Assembly: GCA_051294375.1 (NCBI GenBank)
Contig: CM119264.1
Span: 30,231,656 to 30,295,655 of the forward strand
Source: Paraspadella gotoi
Taxonomy: Eukaryota > Animalia > Chaetognatha
Direction: 5' to 3'
Length of the DNA: 64,000 bases
This document shows positions 12,740 through 26,048 of the stretch, piece by piece; the first letter of the stretch is position 1, and each line of letters begins with the position of its first letter. Below the pieces are notes generated by a model. That model did not search any database, was not told where the DNA came from, and saw only the letters and a list, made by a program, of their open reading frames with translations. The translations under genes were made by a program, and so were the position numbers.

Positions 12740-14250
12740 GCGAACTGCCGGAATCGTCGCGTCTCATAACCTGCATCGTAATTCAAAAATGGAAAACAAA
12801 ACTTGTCCATCTCCATGCAAAACGCCCAATGACTCATCTGTGAATTCAGTGTAGCCCTAGACATAAACCAAGCCTTGGGTCTTGTGAACTATGTTCACAA
12901 TGAGATCTCATAATTTCGTTGAGAGGATCTGTCATAACTGTATTAGAGGTGAGCTTTCGAATTGATCTCCATCAAGGCATAAAGCTCAACATCCAAAAAT
13001 GGCATCTTCGAATTGGAAGGACAAATCTTCTGCAAGAGTTACAATAGAAGTAACTAAATATATTTATGGGAATAGCCATCAAGGGTGTAGAGGAAACTCC
13101 TAAAAACTTAGTTTATCTTTCACTGGGATGTTAAAAAAAGGCTTTAATATTTTACAAAGAAAACGAAGAACATCCACGTCAAAGGAACTACCTACCAATT
13201 GAATATGCGAAATTTAATATTTAACAAAACCTATAGTTTAACTACCTGAGTTCCATATAATTGCCTGTACGCTAATGATATGAGAGGGGGCCTAATTTAA
13301 CTTTTTAAATGAAGGCGTGCATCGCCTAAAAAAAATTAGCTTTTCCAACTATAACAACAAGCTAACTTGCCTTAATTACCCCACTCCTCGTAATAGAAAC
13401 TCGGCGCCTTTCGAGCTTAGGTTTTAAATGTTTAAATTCGGGGGACATGACCTAGCCTTGGACCTGCGCATGACCCTGGCAAAGCCATTTAGTTTGGGTA
13501 TTGTGAGATCTCGGCCGACGGAGAAGAACGAGCTATTGCAGAGCTTTATGCGCGGATCACGCTGTTCGCGATTGACGTGGAGGGAACCCTCCTAAAAACC
13601 TTCCCCGCCCCCGTCCACTAAATAACTCTTCGCTCATACATCCGTCTGGTATGATTCGGTCCGAGGCGAATCATCTCTGCCTTGATATCTCTCGGTATTA
13701 CACCTCTAGGCCGAAGAACTGCGACTATCATGAGAACGGTAAGGACTGAGATGGCATAACCGATGGTCCCATAATACAGTTACACTACCATCAACGTTTC
13801 ATCCCTGAAATCGAGTTAAAATTTTTAAAAAACTTGAACAGTTTAAACTCACTAACGGCATTTTTCTCTAAGATCCGTATACGATCAATCCTCCATCGGC
13901 AGCGCAGTGAAAAGCCACCGATTTTTGAAATCTTTGGCCATTTTGGTCATCATCTATCTCTTGAGTCATGTGAACTATTCTGCGCAACTTGTTCGCTGCC
14001 TACTATGCGTTCGCAGTTCTCGCCAGTGCACAACCGAAAAGGATGCAAGTGCGCCGTGCAGGTAGAGGCTTTTCCAAAGAGTCGGCGAAAGAAGTAAAGA
14101 AAATAACTTCGACGCTTTTTGTTTCTTCATTTGAAATTTTATCAATGTTTTTCAAGGAGATGACACGGGAAGCTAGAGCATGGAACGATTGCTTCACCAT
14201 CTCCCACTTTTATGATCTTTTTTCTTTGGCCAAAAAGTTGTAATGTGTCG
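12740..14250 (-). mobile_element. Further Penelope-like RT fragments (different lineage or lineages), frameshifted
   Basis: Minus-strand KSGR (~14195, DK-motif-like), AKDxK (~13930), GSL(H)V (13574-13588), SFDV (13175-13188), SLFxNIPV (13121-13143), EDCPSNSKMPFLDVELY (12979-13030, needs one 1-nt indel), MDKFC..AGYETRR (~12755-12810). Confidence 0.55.
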
Positions 14251-15035
14251 CTGAGGGATCAACAAACAAGCCATGCTACTCTATTTTTAGCTGCATGGAT
14301 AATTCCTTTAGTCTTTATTGTGCTTGTGATATTTGTCTGGCTGGCGGGCACTCCAATTTGAGCGGCAACCAGTTCATTAAAAACTGAGATCGTTTTTCCT
14401 CTGTGGATGGGTTAGTTGGGCAAGACGACAGGCATTTCTCAACAGATTGATCCACTCTTCAAAAATCATCTTTTGAAAGAATTGAGAGGGTTTCTACTTC
14501 CAATAGTGGAAGCTACCGGTCTATTGGGACACAGCAATCTCCGTAAAAAAGATAGGCTGTTTCCGCAAGATAGATCACACAAGGAAGGATTGGAGGAGCG
14601 GGGGGGATTTATTATGGCGGCCAGTTGGAGGGGGCAAGGGCTTCCCTCTACCCTGCTAAAAAACGGAAGAGGCAAGGGTGTCTTGAAAACGTAGGACGTC
14701 ACACCGAAATAAAATTAAAAGTTGAATATCCACGGAAAAAGTTTTTGAAAGCAAATTTTGGAGAAAAGTTAAAGTTCTTTCACAATAAGCACATGCGGGT
14801 TTCAAAACAAGGTCGACCAAAACTCAATACCAGAAATCCAAGACGAAACCGAGGGTAAAGGTTTATCATAGGCTAAGTTGATTAGCACGTCGAGCTAGTC
14901 AGGGGGTCACGATCCGCCAGGAAGTTTGATCTAGCACTCTCCATCTACTTGTACCGCATCAAGAAGTAAGAGAGCTCTGACGCAGAAATAAAACGAAGAC
15001 CGTTTGATGAAAAAGGTAAGGGACTGCCTAGGACT

Positions 15036-15044
<9 letters not shown>

Positions 15045-15072
<28 letters not shown>

Positions 15073-15800
15073 ATTCCTTTGTTGCTTTTTACGACATTTT
15101 CCATTTTCTATTTTCATATTCATTCTTCCGGAGGAGAACAGAAATTCCAGTTTCTTTCTTTCCGTCGGCGGCGTCGGTTCTTTGCTCCGACAAGCGAGTC
15201 TCTGATCCGGCATTCGAACTCTCTGCGTCGGCAATTATTACCTCTCGGTGTCAATCGACTGTCTGCATCAGCAATCAACTCTCAACGTCGGCAAGAATGA
15301 GTCTTCGTTCTGAATTCTGCGTCGAAAGTCAATTGTTCCATTGTTTCCAGCATTTCTTTCTACACAACTATTTCCACCATCCTGTTCCACTCGGCGCTTT
15401 AAACTCGGCGCCCTTAAGCGGCGCTTTCCACCGGCGCCCTCAAGCGGCGCTCCTTGACAAGAGGCGCCGCGAATTTTCTTTATTTTCATCCTTTTGTCGC
15501 CGAAATTTTACAGTCCTGTGCAAAAAAACGCGCTTCTTTATAACTTTAAATTCCAGACACTTTAAAAACATTTTTGAAAATTATATATAAAAAAATTGTT
15601 AAAAAAGAATCAATGTGTTTAAATTTTATTACAATCGGTCAATTGGTTTAGGAGATATAATTTTTTAAACTTGAGTGTTCCAAATCCAAACGGGAAAATC
15701 GACTTTTAACTACACGGATTTTTTGAACTAAAAAAACTATAAAATGAAAAAACGGCGTTGTAGTGGTAAAAAAGCTTCCGATGACTCTTCTTCTTCTTCC
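15045..15800 (+). repeat. Segment C, duplicated at 18840-19672
   Basis: GTCGGCAAGAATGAGTCTTCGTTCTGAATTCTGC, the GGCGC array and CTTGAGTGTTCCAAA are present in both copies. Confidence 0.9.
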
Positions 15801-15809
15801 TCAAAGAGA

Positions 15810-16067
15810 GAGATTTTTTTTCTTTTTTTCTCTTTATTTTCTTTTCATTGTGCATTTTTTTCTTATTTCCGATGCGAAAACCGAAGAACAAAACTTCGAT
15901 TAATTCGGCTCGAACGGAAAAAAATAATTTGAAGTTCTAACCAGAAAATAATTTTCATACGAAATTTTGTTTAAAACAATTAACAAGCAAAAATGTGGTC
16001 CGGTTTTAACTTTGGAAATAATGGAATGAATAATTCATTTTGGGAGAGGGGATGGAGAGAAAGAGAG

Positions 16068-16113
<46 letters not shown>

Positions 16114-16821
16114 GTATGTTATGTATTATATGTTTGTAGAAAGTAAAGAAGTAATTCTAGTTTTTTCTTTAGTTCTCCCAGCTCTCCCGTCCTCTCATTT
16201 TCTACCCTCTTCCCTCCTCTTTCCTTCCACTCTTCCTATCTCTCCCTGCCTGCCTTTCCTCCACTCTCTCTCCTCCTTGCCTCCCCATCTCCCTCCCCTT
16301 CCTCCTACTCGCTCCCTACCTTTCCTCCCTCCTCCCATCCCACTTCCTTCCATCTGCTCCTGCCCCTCCTCCTCGGCACTTAAACGTTCGTCGAGTCTTA
16401 TTAATCAAACTGATAGTCGGCACGGCATTAAATTTCATTCTTCGATTCACTATCGACAGCAGTCCACATCTCTCGAACGCGCCGAAGGGTGGCCGCCCGC
16501 TTGAATCGCCCCAATTAGTCACTCGCTGTCTCTTTATCTGCGTTATTTACTCTCTCTCTTGCTTTGCTTTGCTTTGTTTTTTTGCTTTGGCCAAGCTCTG
16601 TGACTAGCTGCTTTGGCTTGCATTTATTTTTATTTCTTTCTTTCTTAGCGCTTCTCTCTCTCTCTCTCTCTCGTCAACTGTCTATCCTCTCAAAGCTTTT
16701 TAAAAATAAACTCTCTTTCCGAAAAAAGAAAAGTTCTATCCTTTAAGTCTTAAGAAGAATAAATGACACTGAATTTGGTAGACGCGTCGGATTAGCGAAT
16801 GCCAATTGAGAATTAACCTGT

Positions 16822-16859
<38 letters not shown>

Positions 16860-18830
16860 CGAGTCGTCGACGTCGTCGTCGTCGTCGTCGTCCCCAGGTG
16901 TCGCCTTCGCTCTTCCTAACGTTCAACGTCACGTCAACGTGCGTCCGCGTCAATTCGTGACATTGTCTCTTATTCCATCGCGCCGGTCATTTAAGGGTGC
17001 GTCGTCGTCGTCGTCGTCGTCGTCGTAGTTTTCGTGTCGTCGTAGTTTTCAGTTCGTTTCTTTGTTTCTCTTTCGTCGACGATCGTCTTAAATATTCGGA
17101 ATTTCTCGTTCTGATTTGGTTTGTCCATACGGAGCCAACGTACCAATTGAGAGACCAGGAACCGTTTAAAGTGGAACTCCAACTTTGAAGTTTAAAGAAT
17201 AAATTTTTGAGGCTCGAAAAAATTGGAGTTGAGGGAGAAAAATAAGAACGGGAAGAAAAAGAAAATGAGTGAGGAGGAAAAAAAAGGAAAAGGAGGAAAG
17301 GAAGGAGAAAGAGAAAAGGTGAAAAAAAGAAGAATAAATGAAAGGTAAAATAATAAAAAGGAAGAAAGGAGAGAAAGTGGAAAAGAAAAGTAAAATTGGA
17401 GGGCAAGAAGGAAAATAAAAGAAAATAATTTGATAATAGAGAAATTAAAAAAGGAGGTAAAAAGAAAATGGAAAAAGGAAGAAAATAAGAAGAAAAAGGA
17501 AAGAGATATAAAGGAAAGAAAAAACTGAGGAAAAAAAAAAAAGAAAAAAGAGATGGAAAATGAGTAAATAAGAGGAAAGGGAAGGAAAAAAGGAGAAAAA
17601 AAAAGAAAAAAGGGAAAAAAGGAGGAAAAAAAAGGAAAGAAAAAAATAGGAAAGGTACCAAGCAGAGGGAAAACGATAAATATTAGTGTTTCAAATGGAG
17701 ACGGTTTCTATTTTTGCGAAAACCATAAAAAAAAAGTTGGAGATGCTGGAATTTTGTATGCGCGCAATGAAACTTGCACATTTGGTGAATTAACTTTTAC
17801 ACTTATGTTTACTTTTTTACTTTGTACGACTTTTAGCATTTTAATTTTCTCCTTTTTTATTTATTATTTGACTCAATCTTCTCAATCAGGCTTATTATTT
17901 CTCATTCACGCTTTTCTTACTTATGGAAATAGTAGAGAAATCAATATAAAAATTGACTGCCATTCATGTTTAATAAATAAGTTAACTTGCACCCCGGGAC
18001 TTTGGAATTGGCCTTTGGTGGTGGCTTTTTATTAACTTACAATATAAACTCAATAGACAGTCCCTGGCAAGTTTTTCAAATCAAGACACTCTCAACAGTC
18101 ATCGTTTATTCACTCCAGAGTACCTGGTCCCTCAAAATCAATGAAGTGGTATAACAATTTCAAAGTTTTTATAAAAGTACAGAACGTCCCTTAAGGCTCT
18201 ACGATTACACATTTTCAAACTTACATTTTGAATCATGTCATCATTTCTCTTTAGGCTTCATTTCTCTGCACATTCCGTTATTTCTTATTTGTTTATTGTT
18301 TTTTTGGCTCTCAACAGCGTGAAGGAATTTTGTGGGTTTTTAAAGATGAGGGCCTACCGTTTGTGTTGGTCAGAATTGTGGTTCTGGACCACAAGTAGTT
18401 TATTACTAATAGCAAAATACATCTTTAATATTTTTTTAATTTTTGTCTCAAGAATTCATCGAAGAGTCTCATGTTCTCTCTCATACATTTAATATCCCTG
18501 CACCTTCTATTCTAAACATCCCCCACCCCTCTTCTTCTATATACCGCCCCCACCACCGCCTTCTAAACATCCCAGACCACGCCTATTGTCCACCCATCGG
18601 CACCCTCCTTCTACATCCCACAACCGCCTCCTTTCCCCCCAACGCGCCCCCCTTCCATCTCCCTCCGATTCAATACCAATTTTTTTATTCTGCAGAGACA
18701 TCAAAAATATGATGCGCGGGATATTTAATCGCATTCAAATTTTTTTTTTCTCGTCTCTCCTCTGTTGCTCATCATCATCTCTGCTCCTATCTCTTCTCTC
18801 TCTCTGGAATGAGTGTCAGCGGGAAACGAG

Positions 18831-18885
<55 letters not shown>

Positions 18886-19672
18886 AGATTTTTATTCTTT
18901 TGTTGCTTTGTTACGACATTTTCCATTCTTCTAATTTATTCATATTCATTCTTCCGGTAGGAGAACAGAAATTCCAAGTTTCTTTCTTTTCCGTCGGCGG
19001 GCGTCGGATTTTTTTTGACTCCGACAAAGCGAGTCTCTGATGCCGGCATTTCGAACCTCCTCTGCTGTCGGCAAATTATTACCGGTCTCGGTGTCAATCA
19101 AACTCTCTGCGTCGGCAAGAATGAGTCTTCGTTCTGAATTCTGCCGTCGGAAGTTCAATTGTTCCACTGTTTTCCAGCATTTCTCTTTCATACAGCAAAC
19201 TAATTTCCACCATGAGCACTGTTGCCAACTCGGCGCTTTTAAAACTCGGGCGCCCCTTAAGCGGCGCTTTCCACCGGCGCCTCAAGGCGGCGGCTCTTGC
19301 TTGACAAGAGGCGCCAGCGAATTGTTCCATTTATTTTCATCCTTTTAGTCGGCCGAAATTTTACAGTCCCTGTGCAAAAAAACGCGCTTGCTATTATTAA
19401 CTTTAAATTCCAGACAGCTTTAAAAAACATTTTTGAAAATTATATATAAAAAAATTGTTAAAGAAAGAATCAATGTGTTTAAATTTTTATTACAATCGGT
19501 CAAAATTTGGTTTAAGAAAATATGAATTTTTTTTAAAACTTGAGTGTTCCAAAGTCCAAACGGGAAATCTGACTTTAACTACAACGGATTTTTTTAACAT
19601 AAAAAAAACTATAAAATGAAAAAAACGCGTTGTCGTGGTAAAAAAGCTTCGATGACTCTTCTTACTTCTTCC
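15810..19672 (+). repeat. Insertion-rich copy of segments A+B+C (probable long-read gap fill)
   Basis: Colinear with 6745-8464, reverse complement of 8490-9200 and 15045-15800; differences are mostly 1-nt insertions; ends near a 25-N gap (19807-19831). Confidence 0.8.
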
Positions 19673-20697
19673 CCTCTCCTCCTCCTCTTCGCTTCTTTGC
19701 TATTGGATCTCCGAAAAATACATAAGTTTAGATGATAGCGCCCTTTGGCCGTAACGAATTTTACTTTTATACTTACGCTTATTTGAGCCGCGACTAAAAA
19801 GTTCTANNNNNNNNNNNNNNNNNNNNNNNNNATTTCATCTCGCCTCTTTTTGTTTTTTTGTTGTTTTTTTTGTCTCAAATTCCAGACTTTGTCTTTTGTT
19901 TACTTGTTTACGTCGCGAACGATGATGACGTCTCCGGTCTCCGTTGTTGTTGTTGTTGTTGTTGTTGTCGTCGTTATCCTTCATCGTCATTGTCGTCGTC
20001 TTCGTTACCTGATCCATTGCTAAAGTATTTTCTTTCTTTTCTTTTTTCAGTCTCTCTCTCTCTCTCTCTCTCTCTCTNNNNNNNNNNNNNNNNNNNNNNN
20101 NNNNNNNNNNNNNNNNNNNNNNNNNNNNNNNNNNNNNNNNNNNNNNNNNNNNNNNNNNNNNNNNNNNNNNNNNNNNNNNNNNNNNNNNNNNNNNNNNNNN
20201 NNNNNNNNNNNNNNNNNNNNNNNNNNNNNNNNNNNNNNNNNNNNNNNNNNNNNNNNNNNNNNNNNNNNNNNNNNNNNNNNNNNNNNNNNNNNNTTCCTTC
20301 TTCCTTTTCACACTTTCTTATCCCGCCTCCTTTTCTCACTCACCTTTTTCTTCCTGGCGCCAAAAGTCAGTCAGTCAGTCCCTAACTCAAAAAAATCCCT
20401 TAAATATCCCACACCTTCCTATACACACTTTAGCCCCAAATGAATTTCACCCAAACATCACCAAGATTCACGCGAGTCTCACCGAATCTTCACTGGCAAA
20501 AAAAAACTTCTTGTTCGTTCACCGAGTTTTTCACGACCGAGAGAATCTCGTTGGAAGAAGTTGCTTCCCCCTTTCACTCATTCAGGCGGAGAAGAGAGGC
20601 AGAGTGAGTTTCACGCAAGGACATGTTTGATAAACAATCGAACAACACATCCATTTGCGGTGAGACTGAGGAGGCGTGGGTTCGAATTCCGAGACTT

Positions 20698-20923
20698 GGC
20701 CATAATTTTCAAAAGTAGCCCTTTACAGTTTCAATTCAGATTAGGTTATAGATTAGAGTTAGGGATTTGGATAGAGATTAGTATTAGAGAGTATGAAAAA
20801 AGGATAGAGCTATGTTTTTAAAGCATTGTTAGCTATTAGGAATAAGGATAAGGTTCCATATTATAATTAAAATTAAGTTTAGGAATTTCAGAAAAAGAAA
20901 ATGGTACGCTTTCGCAAAATACC
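20698..20923. mobile_element. MITE-like TIR/telomere-like family, copy 2 (degenerate)
   Basis: GGCCATAATTTTCAAAAGTAGCCCTTT ... AAAATGGTACGCTTTCGCAAAATACC with a TTAGG/TTAGAG/TTAGGG core. Confidence 0.45.
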
Positions 20924-22718
20924 TATCTCGAAAACAGATTGTAAACTCTATCCCTCTTCTCATCAGCTGGTCACAATCTATCCAAACCTCTTCCTAACCT
21001 CTTCAACATTCCCTACCACCCTCGACCACACCCCCAACACTTCGTCGACACCCCCTCCAAACCCCTCCGCCCATCCTCCAGATTTTGTTATGATTCTCCA
21101 CAACAAAATCTTTTGTCGTCGTTTTTTTTCTTTCATATTCACTCGCAAAATCTATTCACGGTTTCCGCCAGTTTTTTTTTTCCTTTTCTTTCTTTCGTCC
21201 ACTGACTTACTCTAATTCTTTCACTTACTTTAGCTTTATTCACTTACCTTTAATTCTCCTCTTTCCCTTTCAGTCTTTACTTACTTTTTTCTCTCTTTTA
21301 CTTACCCTTCATTCTCTTTTCTTCTCCTTCCCTTCCTCCTTTCTTCCTTTCCTTTCGTCCTCTCCNNNNNNNNNNNNNNNNNNNNNNNNNNNNNNNNNNN
21401 NNNNNNNNNNNNNNNNNNNNNNNNNNNNNNNNNNNNNNNNNNNNNNNNNNNNNNNNNNNNNNNNNNNNNNNNNNNNNNNNNNNNNNNNNNNNNNNNNNNN
21501 NNNNNNNNNNNNNNNNNNNNNNNNNNNNNNNNNNNNNNNNNNNNNNNNNNNNNNNNNNNNNNNNNNNNNNNNNNNNNNNNNNNNNNNNNNNNNNNNNNNN
21601 NNNNNNNNNNNNNNNNNNNNNNNNNNNNNNNNNNNNNNNNNNNNNNNNNNNNNNNNNNNNNNNNNNNNNNNNNNNNNNNNNNNNNNNNNNNNNNNNNNNN
21701 NNNNNNNNNNNNNNNNNNNNNNNNNNNNNNNNNNNNNNNNNNNNNNNNNNNNNNNNNNNNNNNNNNNNNNNNNNNNNNNNNNNNNNNNNNNNNNNNNNNN
21801 NNNNNNNNNNNNNNNNNNNNNNNNNNNNNNNNNNNNNNNNNNNNNNNNNNNNNNNNNNNNNNNNNNNNNNNNNNNNNNNNNNNNNNNNNNNNNNNNNNNN
21901 NNNNNNNNNNNNNNNNNNNNNNNNNNNNNNNNNNNNNNNNNNNNNNNNNNNNNNNNNNNNNNNNNNNNNNNNNNNNNNNNNNNNNNNNNNNNNNNNNNNN
22001 NNNNNNNNNNNNNNNNNNNNNNNNNNNNNNNNNNNNNNNNNNNNNNNNNNNNNNNNNNNNNNNNNNNNNNNNNNNNNNNNNNNNNNNNNNNNNNNNNNNN
22101 NNNNNNNNNNNNNNNNNNNNNNNNNNNNNNNNNNNNNNNNNNNNNNNNNNNNNNNNNNNNTTGTCATCGTCGTCATCGTCGTTGTCATCATCATTGTCTT
22201 CTTTGCGATCATTTTCGTTGTCGTCGTATTCGTCGTTGTCATCGTCGTCGTCTTATTCTTTGGCGTCGTCGTTGTCTACCTTGTCGTCTTTATCGTCTTC
22301 CTCTTCGTCGTCGTTGTCATCATCGTCGTCTTCTTTGCGATCATTTTCGTCGTCGTCGTTGTCATCGTCGTCGTCTTCTTTGTCGTCGTTGCGTCGTCGT
22401 CGTCGTCTTCGTGTATACGCAACCCGAGCGTCGATGTCCCTCAGGCGCTAGAGGTTTTCTTCTTTGGTATAGAGCGGGTTCAGGAAGGGTGAACTTCGTT
22501 TGGTAGACATGGCTTCTGGAAGGGGGAGTTTTCTTCGGGTGAGTTTTCCTTGCATAAAGTAAGTTTACGCGCGTGAGAATGTGACTGCTCTGTCTCGCGG
22601 TTGTGTTTCTCTTGAGGTCAAATGGGGTCATTTTTCACGTTTGTGTCTCGTTCTATTTCCAATCTATTGTCAGTCAAAGTATTGGAGTCAAATGTGATGC
22701 TTCTTATATGCCATTTAC

Positions 22719-22792
22719 CATACGCTCGGGTCACGACTGACGGTGTCATGGTGAACTGTCGGGGTGAACTTATGCAATGCCCAACTACACAC
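22719..22792 (-). other. Candidate 74-nt coding exon or coding relic (CVVGHCISSPRQFTMTPSVVTRAY)
   Basis: Bounded by ttatgtAG and GTaaat on the minus strand; homologous to 48428-48481 with mostly synonymous differences in this frame. Confidence 0.3.
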
Positions 22793-22881
22793 CTACATAA
22801 GTAAATCTTCAAAAAGTTTTAAATATAAAATTTATTGTTTCTTGAGGAGAAATATTTATTCTAAGGTGGTGATTACATTTT

Positions 22882-23145
22882 CGGCATTATTTCCCTAACG
22901 CGCCCCATTTCTTATTCCTAATACTTAGAAGTTAGAATAATCTTTTATTTAATCATTAACCTAATACAAAACTATAATCCTTTAAATAATCCTGAAATTT
23001 CATCCCTAATCCATAACCCTAATCTCAAACCTCAATCTATAATCTTCAATCCTTAACACTAATCCTTAACCTAATTTTTCATCAAACATTTAAATCTATA
23101 TTTAATTATCAAACAGAAACGGGGCCTCTTTGGAAAATACGGCCG
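22882..23145. mobile_element. MITE-like TIR/telomere-like family, copy 3 (mirror image at ~31940-32225)
   Basis: CGGCATTATTTCCCTAACGCGCCCCATTT ... AAACGGGGCCTCTTTGGAAAATACGGCCG; core CCCTAATCCATAACCCTAATC. Confidence 0.65.
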
Positions 23146-23285
23146 AATTTTCATCCCAGAGTGATTTGAGGCGGTGGATTATTTCCCGTCACAGTGATTT
23201 TGGCCAGAGTTCTTCTCACAGAAGGAGGGGGGGATTTGTTATTCTTCCGCCGTGATTCGCCTTTTGTGAACCTCGGCCCTCGGGA

Positions 23286-23318
<33 letters not shown>

Positions 23319-23539
23319 AACAAAGGAAATGGCGACCTCAGGTCGATTAAACATTAAAAAAGGCCGGGATACAAGAAGGTAGGTTTAAAGGAGTACAGTA
23401 GATTTGGTTTAAGAACGGAATCGTACAGTCGAGTCGCTTTGACGGAGTCGCTCAGCCTTTTTATGTCGTGACGACTGTACTAAAGTCTTACCTTTTTCAA
23501 TTGACGAAAGTTGTGAAAACTTGGATTCATTAATAATTA

Positions 23540-23750
23540 ATTAAATAATTCATTCATTCATTTATTAATTCATTCATTAATTCATTAATTCAATTAACTT
23601 GTAAAGCCATTCATTTATTCCTCCATTTATTGATTGATTGATTGATTAATTGATTTACTCATTCATTCATTCATTCATTCATTCATTCATTCATTCATTC
23701 ATTCATTCATTCATTCATTCATTCATTCATTCATTCATTCAATCATTCAT
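23540..23750. repeat. (ATTC)n/(ATTG)n microsatellite
   Basis: Direct reading. Confidence 0.9.
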
Positions 23751-25301
23751 CTTTGACATCATTTACTTTCATTCTTTCAATTCATCTTCTTCTTTGAAGA
23801 TCGAGTTATTAATTCAAAAGTAATAATAAAAAATCAAGTCTCAGTCCATTTTTCAGACGAATGTCAAACGCAGAAATTGACTGGAAACGATGATGACGAC
23901 GATGACGACGNNNNNNNNNNNNNNNNNNNNNNNNNNNNNNNNNNNNNNNNNNNNNNNNNNNNNNNNNNNNNNNNNNNNNNNNNNNNNNNNNNNNNNNNNN
24001 NNNNNNNNNNNNNNNNNNNNNNNNNNNNNNNNNNNNNNNNNNNNNNNNNNNNNNNNNNNNNNNNNNNNNNNNNNNNNNNNNNNNNNNNNNNNNNNNNNNN
24101 NNNNNNNNNNNNNNNNNNNNNNNNNNNNNNNNNNNNNNNNNNNNNNNNNNNNNNNNNNNNNNNNNNNNNNNNNNNNNNNNNNNNNNNNNNNNNNNNNNNN
24201 NNNNNNNNNNNNNNNNNNNNNNNNNNNNNGGGGGGGCGTTGGAACATCGTCGTCGATTTTCAAGGTTGAGACTTCGCGACGAAATGGCGCTCGAGAGAAA
24301 TTAGGTCTTTTACATGGTCACCCACTAATTGATTTAATTGTTAAATAAATTATTAATTATTTAATTAAATTTATTTTAATTATTTAATTTGATTTCAAGT
24401 AATTTTTCTCGCTCAAAGTTGAACCAACAATATGGTGATTGGTGATTAAGATGGTGATTGGTGATTTGGAGTTTGGCTGCTGTGGTTGTCGAACGTCGAA
24501 AGTGAGAAAGAGAAATCGTTAAGTGAAGACAACGACGATGATGACGACGACGAAGACGACGACGACGACGATAATGATGACGACGACGAAGATAACGACC
24601 ATGAAGACGATGATGATGATGATGATGATGATTATGANNNNNNNNNNNNNNNNNNNNNNNNNNNNNNNNNNNNNNNGAGAGAGAGAGAGAAAAAAGAGAA
24701 AGGGAAAACAAAGAGAGGAGAGAGAAAGAAAAGAGAGAGAGGATAAAAAGGGAAAAAAAAATTCATGAGTCAAAAATCGAGAATTGGAAAAGAAAAGAAA
24801 AGATGAGTCAATCCGTCCAGATATAAAGGGTCAGTGAAAGAGAGAGAGAGAGAGTTCTGATAATGATGATGATAATGATGGTAAATATTATCGAGCTTAA
24901 CGATTATTTCAGTGCAATATAATTAACTAAGTAAATAATGATGTTGTGACGCTGGACTTGATATTAATATATGACACCACCGCGTGTAGAAGAGAGAGNN
25001 NNNNNNNNNNNNNNNNNNNNNNNNNNNNNNNNNNNNNNNNNNNNNNNNNNNNNNNNNNNNNNNNNNNNNNNNNNNNNNNNNNNNNNNNNNNNNNNNNNNN
25101 NNNNNNNNNNNNNNATCGGTCAAGAGGCTTCATCCTCTCTCTTCTCTCCTTCTCTCCTCTCTTCTCCCCGATCTCTCAGCAGTTGATGTACGATGCGGTG
25201 GGCGTCGTCGTGTTTGATGCAGCGTTTTTTTGTCGCTATGGAAACCGCGAGTTCGTCTCGTATTCAACGGCAGAGACGACGACGATGATGACGACGACGA
25301 G

Positions 25302-25336
<35 letters not shown>

Positions 25337-25401
25337 AATCGATCCTACTTAATTCCGGGGGAGGGCGTTCGTTGTTTTTACGATTCCGAGAAGGAAAGAG
25401 T

Positions 25402-25445
<44 letters not shown>

Positions 25446-26048
25446 TGGGTTGTTGTGGTTGTTGTTGTGGTTGTGATTGTGGTTGTTGTTGTATTTATTG
25501 TTGTTGTTGTCGTTGTTGTTGTTATAGTTTTTGTTTCAGTTGCTAATCTAGAATGTAACAAATGGCACAAATGCATTTTATATTTTTCTCTTTCCTTTCA
25601 TTTTAATTTGTTTTCTTTTTCTATTTTCTTCTTTTCATATTTTCCTATTTTCCTAATTTCTTATTTTCCTCTTTTCCAACCTTCCTATCTTCCTTTCTAT
25701 TTTCTCTTCTCTACGACTTAATAACTTCTCTCCTGAAGTTTCTTCATGTATTTCGTTCATTAAGCGACTTTAGACGCGACCTGAATAAAAGCCTCCACAG
25801 TTTATTACCTTTTCTTTTTATTCATTCATTTTTTTCGTCTTTTTTATTTTTTATATCAGCTTCTCCTTGTTAATCGCGCTTAGGCAGAATTTCAATGTTA
25901 ATATTAATAAATACAATATTGAAAAATGAAAAAAATTAAAGGGAAGTTTGATTTTAAAAATTATTATTTTTAAAGTTTGTCCAGTTATCTACCCAATGAT
26001 TTGAAATAAAATAAAAAACAAAACTTACCTAACTACTCTATTTATTAA

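Noticed and set aside
20660-20700. B-box GGTTCGAATTCC as a tRNA gene
   Set aside because: T-stem does not pair well and there is no A-box
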